Origin: Myxococcota bacterium
GTDB lineage: Bacteria; Myxococcota_A; Polyangia; Nannocystales; Nannocystaceae
Direction of reading: 5' to 3'
NCBI GenBank assembly: GCA_039028615.1
Contig: JBCCHT010000010.1
Location: forward strand, 64,001-128,000
Length of the DNA: 64,000 nucleotides
The translations under genes were made by a program, and so were the position numbers. A model generated the notes under the pieces. The model did no database searches, was not told the origin of the DNA, and saw only the letters and a list, made by a program, of their open reading frames with translations. Below, piece after piece: positions 49,504-58,784 of the stretch (position 1 is its first letter; every line of letters begins with the position of its first letter).

Positions 49504-50301
49504 ATGCTTGAGGTCGTCGGACTGAGCAAGTCGTTTCCCCTGGCCAAGTCGCGTGGCGGCGGCCGCAAGCGCGTGTCGGGACCGGTCGATCCCCGAGAAG
49601 ACGGCCGCACCTTCCACGCGATCCGAGGTCTCGACTTCACCGTCGAAGACGGGACCATCGTCGGACTGCTGGGGCCCAACGGCGCGGGCAAGACCACCCT
49701 GCTGCGGGTGTTGTCCACGGCGCTGCGCCCCACCGCTGGCACGGCGACCTTCGATGGCATCGACATCGTTCGCGACCCCCTGGCGGTGCGCCGCAAGCTC
49801 GGCTTCTTGTCCGGCAATACCGGGCTCTACGGGCGGCTCAGCCCCCGCGAGATGCTGAGCTACTTCGGTCGTCTGCACGGCCTCGATGGCAGCGAGCTCG
49901 ACCGCCGCATCGACGACCTCGTGCAGCAGCTCGGCATGGGCGACTACGTCGACCGCCGCAACGACACGCTCAGCTCGGGCATGAAACAAAAGGTCTCCAT
50001 CGCCCGCACCCTGATCCACGACCCGGCCATCGTGGTCTTCGACGAGCCCACCACCGGCCTCGACGTCGCGGCGGCCGAGACCATCCTGCGCCTGGTCGAG
50101 CGCTGTCGCGACGAAGGCAAGACGGTGTTGCTGTCCACGCACCACATGCACGAGGTGGCCCGGGTCTGCGACCGAGTCATCGTGATTCACCAGGGCTCGC
50201 TGCGCTTCACCGGCTCCATCGACGAGATGAGAGCCCACGACGAAGGGGCCGCGCTCGATCGGGCCCTGCTGTCCATCGTGGGGGAGGTGGCCGATGCGTA
50301 G
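49504..50301 (+). CDS. ABC transporter ATP-binding protein (NatA-like)
   Basis: [29 protein letters not shown]. Confidence 0.92.
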   Translation: MLEVVGLSKSFPLAKSRGGGRKRVSGPVDPREDGRTFHAIRGLDFTVEDGTIVGLLGPNGAGKTTLLRVLSTALRPTAGTATFDGIDIVRDPLAVRRKLGFLSGNTGLYGRLSPREMLSYFGRLHGLDGSELDRRIDDLVQQLGMGDYVDRRNDTLSSGMKQKVSIARTLIHDPAIVVFDEPTTGLDVAAAETILRLVERCRDEGKTVLLSTHHMHEVARVCDRVIVIHQGSLRFTGSIDEMRAHDEGAALDRALLSIVGEVADA

Positions 50302-51493
50302 CGGAGTCTTCACCGTGTTCCGCAAGGAACTGCTCGAGGTCACGCGCGATCGCAAGACGCTGATCTTCATGATCGTGCTGCCCTTGCTGCTGATCCCGGT
50401 CTTGATCCAGTTCACCACCGACTTCGTGGCGGACGCCGAGAAGGAAGCCGCGTCGGCCACCCTCGACTACGCGGTCTTCGGGGGCGAGCAGCTCCCGGGC
50501 CTGGCCGAGGCCATGGCTCAGGCGCCGGGCTTCGAGGCGGCCTCGCTCGACGATCCCTCGCAGATCGGCGAGGCGGTGGCCGACGATCGCATCGACCTGG
50601 CGTTGGTGGTGGTGCCTCCGGCCACCCCGGGTGACCAGCATGTGGTCGAATTGCACTACAACAACGCGCCACTGAGTTCGAAGGTCAAGCCGCGAACCAA
50701 GCGGGTGTTGAAGGAGCTGTCGGCCGATCTCCAGCGTGAGCGCCTCGAGGGGCTGGGGGTGTCCGAAGTGGCCCGGCAACGCGGTTTCACCGAGCCGGTC
50801 GTCATGGTCGAGCGGGGCACGGCGCCGATGCGTGAAGTCTTGGGCGAGCGAATTGGCGGCATGTTGCCCTACATGTTCATCATCTTCTGCTTCCTCGGAT
50901 CGATGTATCCCGCGATCGACTTGGCGGCAGGAGAGAAGGAGCGGGGGACTCTAGAGACCCTCTTGCTCGTGCCGATCCCCCGACATCAGGTGGTCTTGGG
51001 CAAGTTCCTCGTGGTCTTCAGCGCAGGGGTGACCTCCGCCGTCCTGTCGTTGGCGGGTCTGGGCGGGTGGCTTGCCTTCAAGGGCGAGGAGCTGGGCGGC
51101 GACATCGGGGCGGTGATGAGGTCCATTGGCCCCACCGATTTGGGGCTCATTGCCGCCATGTTGGTGCCTACGGCGGCGATCTTCGCGTCGGCCCTGCTGG
51201 CGATCAGCATCTACGCCAAGAGCTTCAAAGAGGCGCAGTCCTACATCACCCCGCTGAACATGCTGGTGATCTTGCCTGCATTCCTGGCCATGCTGCCCGG
51301 CGTGGAGTTGGACTGGCAGACGGCGTCGATCCCCATCACCAACATCTCGCTGGCCATCAAAGAACTCATCAAAGGGACGATGGATTACTCGATGTTGGTG
51401 GCGATTCTCGGCAGTAGCACACTGCTGGCTGCCGTCGCGCTGTGGCTGTCGACGTGGTGGTTTCGCCGAGAGGATGTGTTGTTCCGACACTGA
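50294..51493 (+). CDS. ABC permease (NatB-like Na+ efflux)
   Basis: KEL....[32 protein letters not shown]. Confidence 0.88.
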   Translation: MRSGVFTVFRKELLEVTRDRKTLIFMIVLPLLLIPVLIQFTTDFVADAEKEAASATLDYAVFGGEQLPGLAEAMAQAPGFEAASLDDPSQIGEAVADDRIDLALVVVPPATPGDQHVVELHYNNAPLSSKVKPRTKRVLKELSADLQRERLEGLGVSEVARQRGFTEPVVMVERGTAPMREVLGERIGGMLPYMFIIFCFLGSMYPAIDLAAGEKERGTLETLLLVPIPRHQVVLGKFLVVFSAGVTSAVLSLAGLGGWLAFKGEELGGDIGAVMRSIGPTDLGLIAAMLVPTAAIFASALLAISIYAKSFKEAQSYITPLNMLVILPAFLAMLPGVELDWQTASIPITNISLAIKELIKGTMDYSMLVAILGSSTLLAAVALWLSTWWFRREDVLFRH

Positions 51494-51778
51494 GCCACGC
51501 ATGGGGCGGAGTCGTTACCGCCCGCTGCGCTCCGAGTTCTCCCCACAAGTGGGTGTAGTAACGAGAAGCGCTCAATTGGTGGGCGTAGTGAGAACCCCGG
51601 CCTCGAGTGTTCGAAGCAAGTCAGTGCTTCGCTTCACTCGGGGCCTCGCTGCATCTCGACGAGATCCCCTTCGCTTCGGTGGCGTTCGGGGTCGTCCCTG
51701 AGCGCCCCAGGAGCCTCGCTACGGGCGTTTCGGACCCAGCCGCCTGCGGCGTTGCCCGGGACGAGCGGGACCGGTGTG

Positions 51779-51843
51779 AGCGGCGGGAGGGCTAGTGGGC
51801 CGGTTTTTCCCTTACCGACCGGCCCTCAACAAGCCGCTTTTTT
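51779..51843 (+). terminator. Terminator-like nested hairpin between convergent genes
   Basis: AGCGGC...GCCGCT outer stem and GGGCCGGT/ACCGGCCC inner stem, followed by a T6 run. Confidence 0.45.
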
Positions 51844-51853
51844 CCAACTATGG

Positions 51854-52600
51854 TCAATCTTCGTTCGTCGGGCTCAGGTTGATGTTGTGAAGGCCACACT
51901 CTTTTTTCGTGGCCTCCTCCCACCACCAACGGCCTTCGCGTTCGTGTTGTCCGGGCAATATCGAGCGAGTGCAGGGCTCGCAGCCAATGCTCACGAACCC
52001 GCGATCATGCAGTGAATTGTAGGGAACTTCGAATGCTCGGATCGCGTCCCACACGTCAATACTGCTGCGATTCGCCAGCGGATTCCACTTGAGTACGGGT
52101 TCCCCGTGCTTCCCGGGGTGGCTGTGGTCGAGTTCCACGACCGCGACGGAATTCCGCGTTCCGGGGCTTTGATCACGTCTTTGACCAGTCACCCAACCGG
52201 TGACCGTACTGAGCTGACGACCAAGAGGCTCCACTTTGCGAATGCCACAGCACTGCTGGTGACCGTCGTCGTAGAACGAAAATAGCCCCTTTTCGCGGAC
52301 CAACTGCTCGACCGCGGCGGTGTCGGGGAATCTCAGCTCGATGCGCAACTCGTAGTGCTCTTCGACCTTGCGGATGAACCGATAGGTCTCTGGATGCAGG
52401 CGCCCGGTATCGAGGCAGAACACGCGAAACGGCCGATTCAGCTGTTTCGCGTACTCCAGGAGCAGAACGTCTTCAGAGCCAGAGAACGCGATCGTGAGGT
52501 CCGTTCCGTGCTCCTGTGCGGCTCGCTCGAGAATTTTGAGCGGAGATGCCTTCTCCAGCTCGGCCGCGAGCTGCTCGGCTCGGTTACTTGAGTCGCTCAT
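51854..52600 (-). CDS. cysH: Thioredoxin-dependent APS/PAPS reductase (4Fe-4S type)
   Basis: [46 protein letters not shown]. Confidence 0.95.
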   Translation of the reverse strand: MSDSSNRAEQLAAELEKASPLKILERAAQEHGTDLTIAFSGSEDVLLLEYAKQLNRPFRVFCLDTGRLHPETYRFIRKVEEHYELRIELRFPDTAAVEQLVREKGLFSFYDDGHQQCCGIRKVEPLGRQLSTVTGWVTGQRRDQSPGTRNSVAVVELDHSHPGKHGEPVLKWNPLANRSSIDVWDAIRAFEVPYNSLHDRGFVSIGCEPCTRSILPGQHEREGRWWWEEATKKECGLHNINLSPTNED

Positions 52601-52646
52601 GCGAAGGCGGATAATGGTCGGTGACCTACTTTGGTGCAAGGTAGGC

Positions 52647-52676
52647 GGGATCTGATCACCTTGGGGATCACATCCC
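52647..52676. promoter_or_regulatory. Imperfect 30-bp palindrome, candidate operator
   Basis: GGGATCTGATCACCTTGGGGATCACATCCC; 24 of 30 positions self-complementary; about 46 bp upstream of cysH. Confidence 0.45.
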
Positions 52677-53089
52677 TCCGGTCGGCACAAGAAAGGCCAG
52701 CGTTACGTAGTCGTTGGAGATCTCGTATTCTGTGTGTGAGATCACCGCTTTTGCAGACGTGGAACCGCCTGAAACACGTATTGGTGGGTGTTGGCGCCGA
52801 TTCGAGGGGGTCTCCCGCCCTTCGCGAGTTCGCACCGAAATGCCACCAGTGTCCTCGCGACTGGCCAACCGCGGACCATTTTCCTCGCACCGAGTCGGGG
52901 TACCAGTGTTCCACCCCACTCGAATTGTTTGTGACGATGTGTGAATGGGATTGCTGAATTGAAGGGTCAATCACCGATATTTGGAGCGCTTGTATTGCGG
53001 TTGGCTCTGAGTGCGTGGTACTGGGGCGTTGTTGAGTGCGGTCGACATTGCGGTCGCACCAACCATTGAAAGGATCGGACGAAAGACAT

Positions 53090-53521
53090 ATGTCGGCTCT
53101 CGAACAACTCGTGGCGAACATGACCGTGGCTCAGCTCGCGGATTTGGCTGGCACCGACGTCGACTCGATGGTTGCCCTGGTGTTGGGCAAGTCCAAGCGA
53201 GGCGTTGCCCCCAAGACCGCCCAGACTGGCCGCCGTGGCCGCAAGCGCGCCGAGGCCGGTGACGCCAGCGTCGCCGCCCAGAACGAAGCTCCTGCCCCCA
53301 GCCAGGGTCACAACACCCGCACCCGCGCCGGCCGTGACGCCCTGGACGCCGCCATCCTGACGTTCCTCAAGGAGCAGTCCGATCCCGTGCGTGCCCTCGA
53401 CATTCGCAAGGGCGTCGGCGGGACCGCGGCTCAGGTTCGCACTCGACTCAACTTCCTCATCGAGAAGAAGCGAGTCAACTACACCGGTCGTGCCAGCGGC
53501 ACTCGCTACAAGTCCAAGTAA
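53090..53521 (+). CDS. Small basic DNA-binding protein with C-terminal winged-helix-like domain (candidate nucleoid-associated protein)
   Basis: 143 aa; GRRGRKR basic linker; IL..L......A.DI......AQVR..L..L......V..TG....TRY winged-helix pattern; TAA stop and host-like codons. Confidence 0.7.
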   Translation: MSALEQLVANMTVAQLADLAGTDVDSMVALVLGKSKRGVAPKTAQTGRRGRKRAEAGDASVAAQNEAPAPSQGHNTRTRAGRDALDAAILTFLKEQSDPVRALDIRKGVGGTAAQVRTRLNFLIEKKRVNYTGRASGTRYKSK

Positions 53522-53530
53522 GGCCCTCTG

Positions 53531-53576
53531 GGCACGATGGCACGCAGCGGGTCGACGCTCGCTGTGCCATCGCGCC
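53531..53576 (+). terminator. Stem-loop downstream of the DNA-binding protein gene
   Basis: GGCACGATGGCAC / GTGCCATCGCGCC, 13-bp stem with one mismatch; no clear U-tract. Confidence 0.4.
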
Positions 53577-53590
53577 GGGTTGCGTTGCTC

Positions 53591-54277
53591 ATGACCACGA
53601 TCGTCGATCTCGAGATCGAGAGCGACTCGCTGAAGAATGCGGAAGAGGGCGTCGACGGGGGCTTCATGGCCGTCCGCCGCCTGCGACTCCGCAACATTCG
53701 CGAGGACGGCTCACGCTCTGAGCGCTACGTCTGCGACTTCGTCGTTCGCCCCAAGGGGATCGATGCGGTCGTGGTCGCGATTTATCATCGCCATGAAAAT
53801 GGTGTGTCTGTGCTGCTGCGGCAGGGCCTGCGGCCGGCTCTGGCCAAGGGGCGCGAGCCCGAGCTCCTGCCGATCGCCGATGAGCGGCCCTATCTGCGAC
53901 TGACCGAGGTCGTGGCGGGGATCATCGAGCGAGAAGATCGAGGCCGCGAGGCAGTGCGACATCGCGCGGCCCTCGAAGTCGAAGAAGAGGCCGGATTCGT
54001 CGTCCCCGACGAGTCGGTACAGTTTTTGGGGGCGGGCTCGTTTCCCAGCCCCGGGTCGATGCCCGAGAAGTTCTGGTTCACCGCGGTCGAGGTCTCCGAC
54101 CCGAACGCCCAGGGCACGGCCAAGGGCGACGGCTCACCCATGGAAGAGGGCGCGAGCTCCCACTGGATGGAGCTCGACGACGCCATCGAGGCCTGCGTGC
54201 AGGGGCAGATCGAAGACGCCAAGAGCGAGCTCGTGCTCCGCCGCCTGCGAGACCATCTCGCGGTCTCCGGGGACTGA
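53591..54277 (+). CDS. NUDIX hydrolase (ADP-ribose pyrophosphatase-like)
   Basis: E.VAGIIE.....A..EVEEEAG Nudix box, SPG..PE and I.DAK motifs. Confidence 0.85.
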   Translation: MTTIVDLEIESDSLKNAEEGVDGGFMAVRRLRLRNIREDGSRSERYVCDFVVRPKGIDAVVVAIYHRHENGVSVLLRQGLRPALAKGREPELLPIADERPYLRLTEVVAGIIEREDRGREAVRHRAALEVEEEAGFVVPDESVQFLGAGSFPSPGSMPEKFWFTAVEVSDPNAQGTAKGDGSPMEEGASSHWMELDDAIEACVQGQIEDAKSELVLRRLRDHLAVSGD

Positions 54278-54365
54278 GAGGTCGCCGCGGTCACCCAGAT
54301 CGCTCGGCCAAGCCTGAGGCTTGCTCGAGCGGCTCCTGATTGCGTGTGGCTGGCCGTCGCCGGGC

Positions 54366-55973
54366 TCAGCCGCCGATGGGCGTGGGCGCACCCGCGACGC
54401 CGACGTCGACGGTGAAGATACGGCCGGGCAGGCCGATGACGAACACCGACGTCTCGTAGGCAGCCCAGGCCGCTCCCTGAGCGAACACGACATTGGCCGC
54501 GCCGTCGGGGAAGGTCTCGACCAGCAGCTCTTCGCCGCCGACCAGGTCGCCCATCTCGTCGAGCTGCACGCGATACAGCGAGCCCGGGTCACCCTGGTTC
54601 TGGTCGACGATGTACAGGTTGCCGCATTCGTCCATCGCGATGCCATCGAGGCCGACTTGGTCGCCGCCGCCCTCGGACGCGATGGTCAGCATGTTCTGCG
54701 GCGCGCCGGGATTGGCCAAGTCGGTGACGTCGACTCGCCACAAGATGCCCGGACCGTAGGACACGTAGTAGACGTAGTTGCGATCGGGGTCGTAGATGAT
54801 GCCGTTGGCTTGCGGCGCCTCGGCACCGCCCAGGCCCAGGTCGGTCACCATCGCCCCAGCGGCGTCGGTCCAGGCGGCCCGAGCCCCGTTGAACTCGGTG
54901 AAGAACACGTTGCCATCGTTCGCGATGAAGATGCCGTTGGGGATGTTCAGGCCACCCACCAACTGCGCCACGGCGCCCGTGTTCTGAATCTCGAGGATCT
55001 CGTTGGTCGTCTGCGACGCGGTGATGAGGGTGCCGGTCGGGGACCACCGCAGGCCCAAGGTCGTGGCCGGCAGCGCGGTCATCGTGTTGAAGGGCTGTAC
55101 GGTGCCATCGGGCGCGATGCGGGCGAATGCATCGCCGTTGCGCGCCATGATCTCGCCCCCGGTGGTGAAGGTCAGGTCCTCGGAGCTGCCGTCGAGCGGC
55201 GTGCCGTTGAACATGAACTCGTCGACCATCAGCGGAGGCGCGGGGAGGTTGTCGCAGGCATCGACGGCGCCCGTGGTCGTGCCCTCGTCGGTGGTCTCGC
55301 CCTCGTCGGTGGACTCGCCCGGACCATCGGTCGTGGTGGTGCCGTCGCTGGTGTCCGGATCGCTGGTGGTGGGGTCCGAGCCGTTGTCGGTCGACCCGTC
55401 GTCCGTGCCCCCCGTGGTGCCGGCACTGGTGTCCGGATCGGTGGTGGTCGCGGGGTCGGTCGTGGTGGTGTCGGTGGTCGTCGTGCTGCTCGGCGGCAGG
55501 CTGCTGGCGTTGTCGAGCAGGCCGTAGAACAGGCTGAGTTCGTCGTCGAGGCCGGTGACGAGCTGTTGCGTTGTGTCCAGGCGTCCCAGGGGCAGCGCGA
55601 CCCATCGCCCGTCGCCCGCCTCGAAGTCGGCCGTGGATACGTGGCCGACCGCGACATCGCTGGTGTCGTCGGGCAGGGGATAGCGGTAGGTGATGGTGGC
55701 GGGAATCGCCAGCTCGAGGTTGGGGCTCACCCGGAAGGCGGGGCCGAAGACCTCGGGAGGATCGGTCGAACGCTCGATGGTGAGCGTGATGGTCTCGTCC
55801 AGCGCTTCGGGCAGGATGGCGATGGTCAGGATGCTGTCGGTCGATGTGACCGTGCCTCCATCCGGCCCGATTTCACCGACGGCGAAGGTCGGGTCGGAAT
55901 TGTTCGTGCAAGCCCCGACGCCTGCGAACAAGGCACACGACGAGACGGCCAAAACCCACGTACGAGACCGCAC
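54366..55973 (-). CDS. Lipoprotein: ZU5-like N-domain, Thr/Asp linker, SMP-30/gluconolactonase-like beta-propeller
   Basis: Lipobox VGAC; PNGI, ANGI and LDGIAMDECGNLY propeller motifs. Confidence 0.75.
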   Translation of the reverse strand: MRSRTWVLAVSSCALFAGVGACTNNSDPTFAVGEIGPDGGTVTSTDSILTIAILPEALDETITLTIERSTDPPEVFGPAFRVSPNLELAIPATITYRYPLPDDTSDVAVGHVSTADFEAGDGRWVALPLGRLDTTQQLVTGLDDELSLFYGLLDNASSLPPSSTTTTDTTTTDPATTTDPDTSAGTTGGTDDGSTDNGSDPTTSDPDTSDGTTTTDGPGESTDEGETTDEGTTTGAVDACDNLPAPPLMVDEFMFNGTPLDGSSEDLTFTTGGEIMARNGDAFARIAPDGTVQPFNTMTALPATTLGLRWSPTGTLITASQTTNEILEIQNTGAVAQLVGGLNIPNGIFIANDGNVFFTEFNGARAAWTDAAGAMVTDLGLGGAEAPQANGIIYDPDRNYVYYVSYGPGILWRVDVTDLANPGAPQNMLTIASEGGGDQVGLDGIAMDECGNLYIVDQNQGDPGSLYRVQLDEMGDLVGGEELLVETFPDGAANVVFAQGAAWAAYETSVFVIGLPGRIFTVDVGVAGAPTPIGG

Positions 55974-56152
55974 CGAAGGACGGTAGCACGACAATTCGTG
56001 GTGGGCGACGCACTGTGAGAGGCCCCTCGCTTGGCTCCAACACGCGCATCTCCCGGCATCGAGAAATCAGCGCGAGAACGGGCGACGATTGGCCGGCAGC
56101 GGGTCGAGATGGAACCATCCCCCGCCTCGGATGGGCATGTTAGTTTGCCTCG

Positions 56153-57958
56153 GTGAGCGATCGTCGTTGGATGCTCGAGGTGCCCGCTGGCCTGCTGCTG
56201 GGGGTCTGCGCCTGTAGTGAAGCGACCCCGCCCAACACCGTCGAAAAGACGATCGGGCCGGCCGGAGGTCTCATCAGCTCCCACGACCAGGTGCTCACCA
56301 TCGTGCTCCAGCCGGGCGCGGTCTCCAGCGACGTCGACATCCAGATCTGGCCCAGCGACGAGCCGCCGGCCGTGTGGGGCCCCGCCTACCGGGTGACCCC
56401 CGATATCGACCTCATGGTCGATGCCCAGGTGAGCTATCGCCGGCTGCTGCCCAACAACCCCAACTCCGCCACCGTCGGTGCAATTCACCTCGAGGACTAC
56501 ACCAGCGAGATGGGGTTTTGGGATCCGCTGACCCGCATCGCGCTCGACCCCGAGCTCGAGCTGGTGACTTCGGTCGACTCTCAGCTTTCGCTCTACTACG
56601 GGTTGCTCGAGCTGTCGGGGGCGCCTCCATTGCCCTCGGACGACGGTGGCAACGACGACGCCAATCCGCCGAGCGACGAAGGCACGACCGGCGACGATTC
56701 CGGCATGACCAGCGATGCGATGACCGACGAGGGCACCACCGCTGGCGTCGATCCGACCACGGGTGGGGGCGAGGGCCCGGGCGAGACCACCGACGGCGAG
56801 ACCAGCCGGGGCATGGACAGCTCCGATGGAGCCGTCGAAGAAGAAGAGGGCGGCTCCACCGACGACGGCGGCCCCGTGTTCGCCTGCGACGACGGCATGC
56901 TGCAAGCGGGCGAGCTGTGCTTGGTCCTGGGCAACACGTACATCACCGGCAATGGCCCCATCGACATCGAAATCGGGGCCTTCGACGGCGATGCCGCCCT
57001 CGATGTCGTCACCCTCGACGCAGGCGCGATGGAGCTGGGCTTCTTGGCCGGCGCGGGCGATGGCTCCTTTGCCGCCTCCGTCACCGCGGCCGCGCTCACC
57101 GGTACTCCCACCGAGATTCTGTCGGGCACCTTCGCCGGCAATGCCACGCTGGACATCGCGGCCTTGGGCACAGCGGTGGACTCCGTCGGGTTGCTCGTCG
57201 GTGATGGCACCGGGGTCTTCGCCGCTCCCATCGACACCGCAGCCGGAGTGGGTGTCGTCGACTTCGACTCGGGGGACTTCAACGCCGACGGCACGCTCGA
57301 CATCGTGACGCTCAACGTCACCGAAAGCACCGTGCAGCTCCTGCTGGGCGATGCCGCGGGCTTCGGCCTCGGGGCCAATGCGATCGTCAACGCCGACTCG
57401 CTCGATCTCGTGGCGGTGGGTGACCTGAGCGGTCCCGGGGACACGAACGACGACGTGGTCGGCGTCGGGGCGGGCAACTTCCACGCTTGGGCGGGCAACG
57501 GCACGGGCAACGGCTGGGTCGGCAATATCCCGGGGAACTTCGCCGGCGGCGGGGGCAACTACGTCGAGCTGGCCACGGGCGACGTCAACGGAGACGGCAA
57601 CGACGACCTGGTCGCGATCGATGCGACGGCCAATACGGTGGTCGTGGGGGTCAGCACGGGCGGGCCGGCGAGCTACATCTTCTTGCCGGCGGTGAATGTC
57701 GGGACGGCGCCTTCGAATATCCTGCTCTTCGACCTCGATGGGGAAGGGGAGGATGAGGCGGTGGTGACCAACGCGGGGAGTGGGGATGTCACCATTCTCG
57801 ATTGGAACGGGGCGGCGTACGTGGAGGCGTTCAGCTTTGATGTTGGGATGGCGCCTTCTGGGGCGGTGGCGGGGCAGGTCGATGGAGATGGGGTGCCGGA
57901 TATCGTCGTGGCTTCCGAGGGGGAGAGCATGATTACGGTCTTGTTGAGCAACCCTTAG
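56153..57958 (+). CDS. Lipoprotein: ZU5-like N-domain, acidic linker, FG-GAP/VCBS repeat propeller
   Basis: Lipobox VCAC; repeated GDFNADGTLD, GDVNGDGNDD and GQVDGDGVPD motifs. Confidence 0.8.
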   Translation: MSDRRWMLEVPAGLLLGVCACSEATPPNTVEKTIGPAGGLISSHDQVLTIVLQPGAVSSDVDIQIWPSDEPPAVWGPAYRVTPDIDLMVDAQVSYRRLLPNNPNSATVGAIHLEDYTSEMGFWDPLTRIALDPELELVTSVDSQLSLYYGLLELSGAPPLPSDDGGNDDANPPSDEGTTGDDSGMTSDAMTDEGTTAGVDPTTGGGEGPGETTDGETSRGMDSSDGAVEEEEGGSTDDGGPVFACDDGMLQAGELCLVLGNTYITGNGPIDIEIGAFDGDAALDVVTLDAGAMELGFLAGAGDGSFAASVTAAALTGTPTEILSGTFAGNATLDIAALGTAVDSVGLLVGDGTGVFAAPIDTAAGVGVVDFDSGDFNADGTLDIVTLNVTESTVQLLLGDAAGFGLGANAIVNADSLDLVAVGDLSGPGDTNDDVVGVGAGNFHAWAGNGTGNGWVGNIPGNFAGGGGNYVELATGDVNGDGNDDLVAIDATANTVVVGVSTGGPASYIFLPAVNVGTAPSNILLFDLDGEGEDEAVVTNAGSGDVTILDWNGAAYVEAFSFDVGMAPSGAVAGQVDGDGVPDIVVASEGESMITVLLSNP

Positions 57959-58177
57959 AGGTTGTGTCTCGCTGGTGGTGCGCTGAAACTGATTTGACGA
58001 GAGGGGGCTCGGGGCGGCGTCGCTCAATGAGGGCTGTGCCCGGCTACTGACGTTGTCGTGGAGGCAGCGCGCGACGACACTACCTTCACGACTGCATCGG
58101 CAGCACGTGCCACCGATGGTTCGATGACGACGTGTCGCGGGTGCTGCCTGTGAATCGGCTCGGGGTTCGCCGGCCGC

Positions 58178-58708
58178 TCAGCGTATCGCGCCGCCGATGA
58201 GCCAGGCGTCGATTTTGGCGAGGTCGAAATCGGAGAGGAGGCCCGTGGGGGGCATGGGGCTGCCCGAGCCGCCGACTTTGTCTTGGGTCCCGTGCAGCTT
58301 GTGGATGAGGTAGCTGGCCTCGGGATCGAGCCCGGCACAGTCGACGTAGGACACGCCCGTGCTCGTGTGGAAGCCGTTGCAGATACGGTCGTATACGCCC
58401 TCGCTCTCGAGGTCGAGACCGTTGGCCGGCTCCGTGATGTCGTGGCACGAAGAGCCGAGGCAGTTCTCCGTCCAGATGGGCAGGATGTCCTCGTCGTGGG
58501 ACAACTCGCCGAAGCCCGTGCTCTCGTCTTGCCCCCCGACGGTAGAGGTCTGGCCCCCGTCGTCGGTCGTGGTGGTCTCCTCGAAGAAACCATCGTCGTC
58601 GGGCCCGGACGTGAACGCGCCCCCGGGGAGGTCGTCTCCGACCTCTTGGTTGTTGCACGCCAACACTGAGAGCACGGAAAAGCAGATCAATGAAGCTCGG
58701 CGAAGCAT
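58178..58708 (-). CDS. Small c-type cytochrome-like lipoprotein (planctomycete cytochrome c-like)
   Basis: Lipobox VLAC; DILPIW..NCLGSSCH, GLDL, SYL..KL, MPP and I.AWL..GA. Confidence 0.7.
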   Translation of the reverse strand: MLRRASLICFSVLSVLACNNQEVGDDLPGGAFTSGPDDDGFFEETTTTDDGGQTSTVGGQDESTGFGELSHDEDILPIWTENCLGSSCHDITEPANGLDLESEGVYDRICNGFHTSTGVSYVDCAGLDPEASYLIHKLHGTQDKVGGSGSPMPPTGLLSDFDLAKIDAWLIGGAIR

Positions 58709-58784
58709 GTGCTGGACCCCCACGTCCGAGTTAGCACTGGGGCTGGGCACGGAGCAAGGCCCCGTGCCCACCCATCGCTAACCG

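Noticed and set aside
51770..51795. Minus-strand CTCCCGCCGCTCACACC resembling a tRNA/tmRNA 3' end (att site)
   Set aside because: No TTCGA T-loop, no cloverleaf and no integrase nearby
52597..53121. ORFs in the AT-rich intergenic region
   Set aside because: No host codon bias or motifs; better explained as a divergent promoter region
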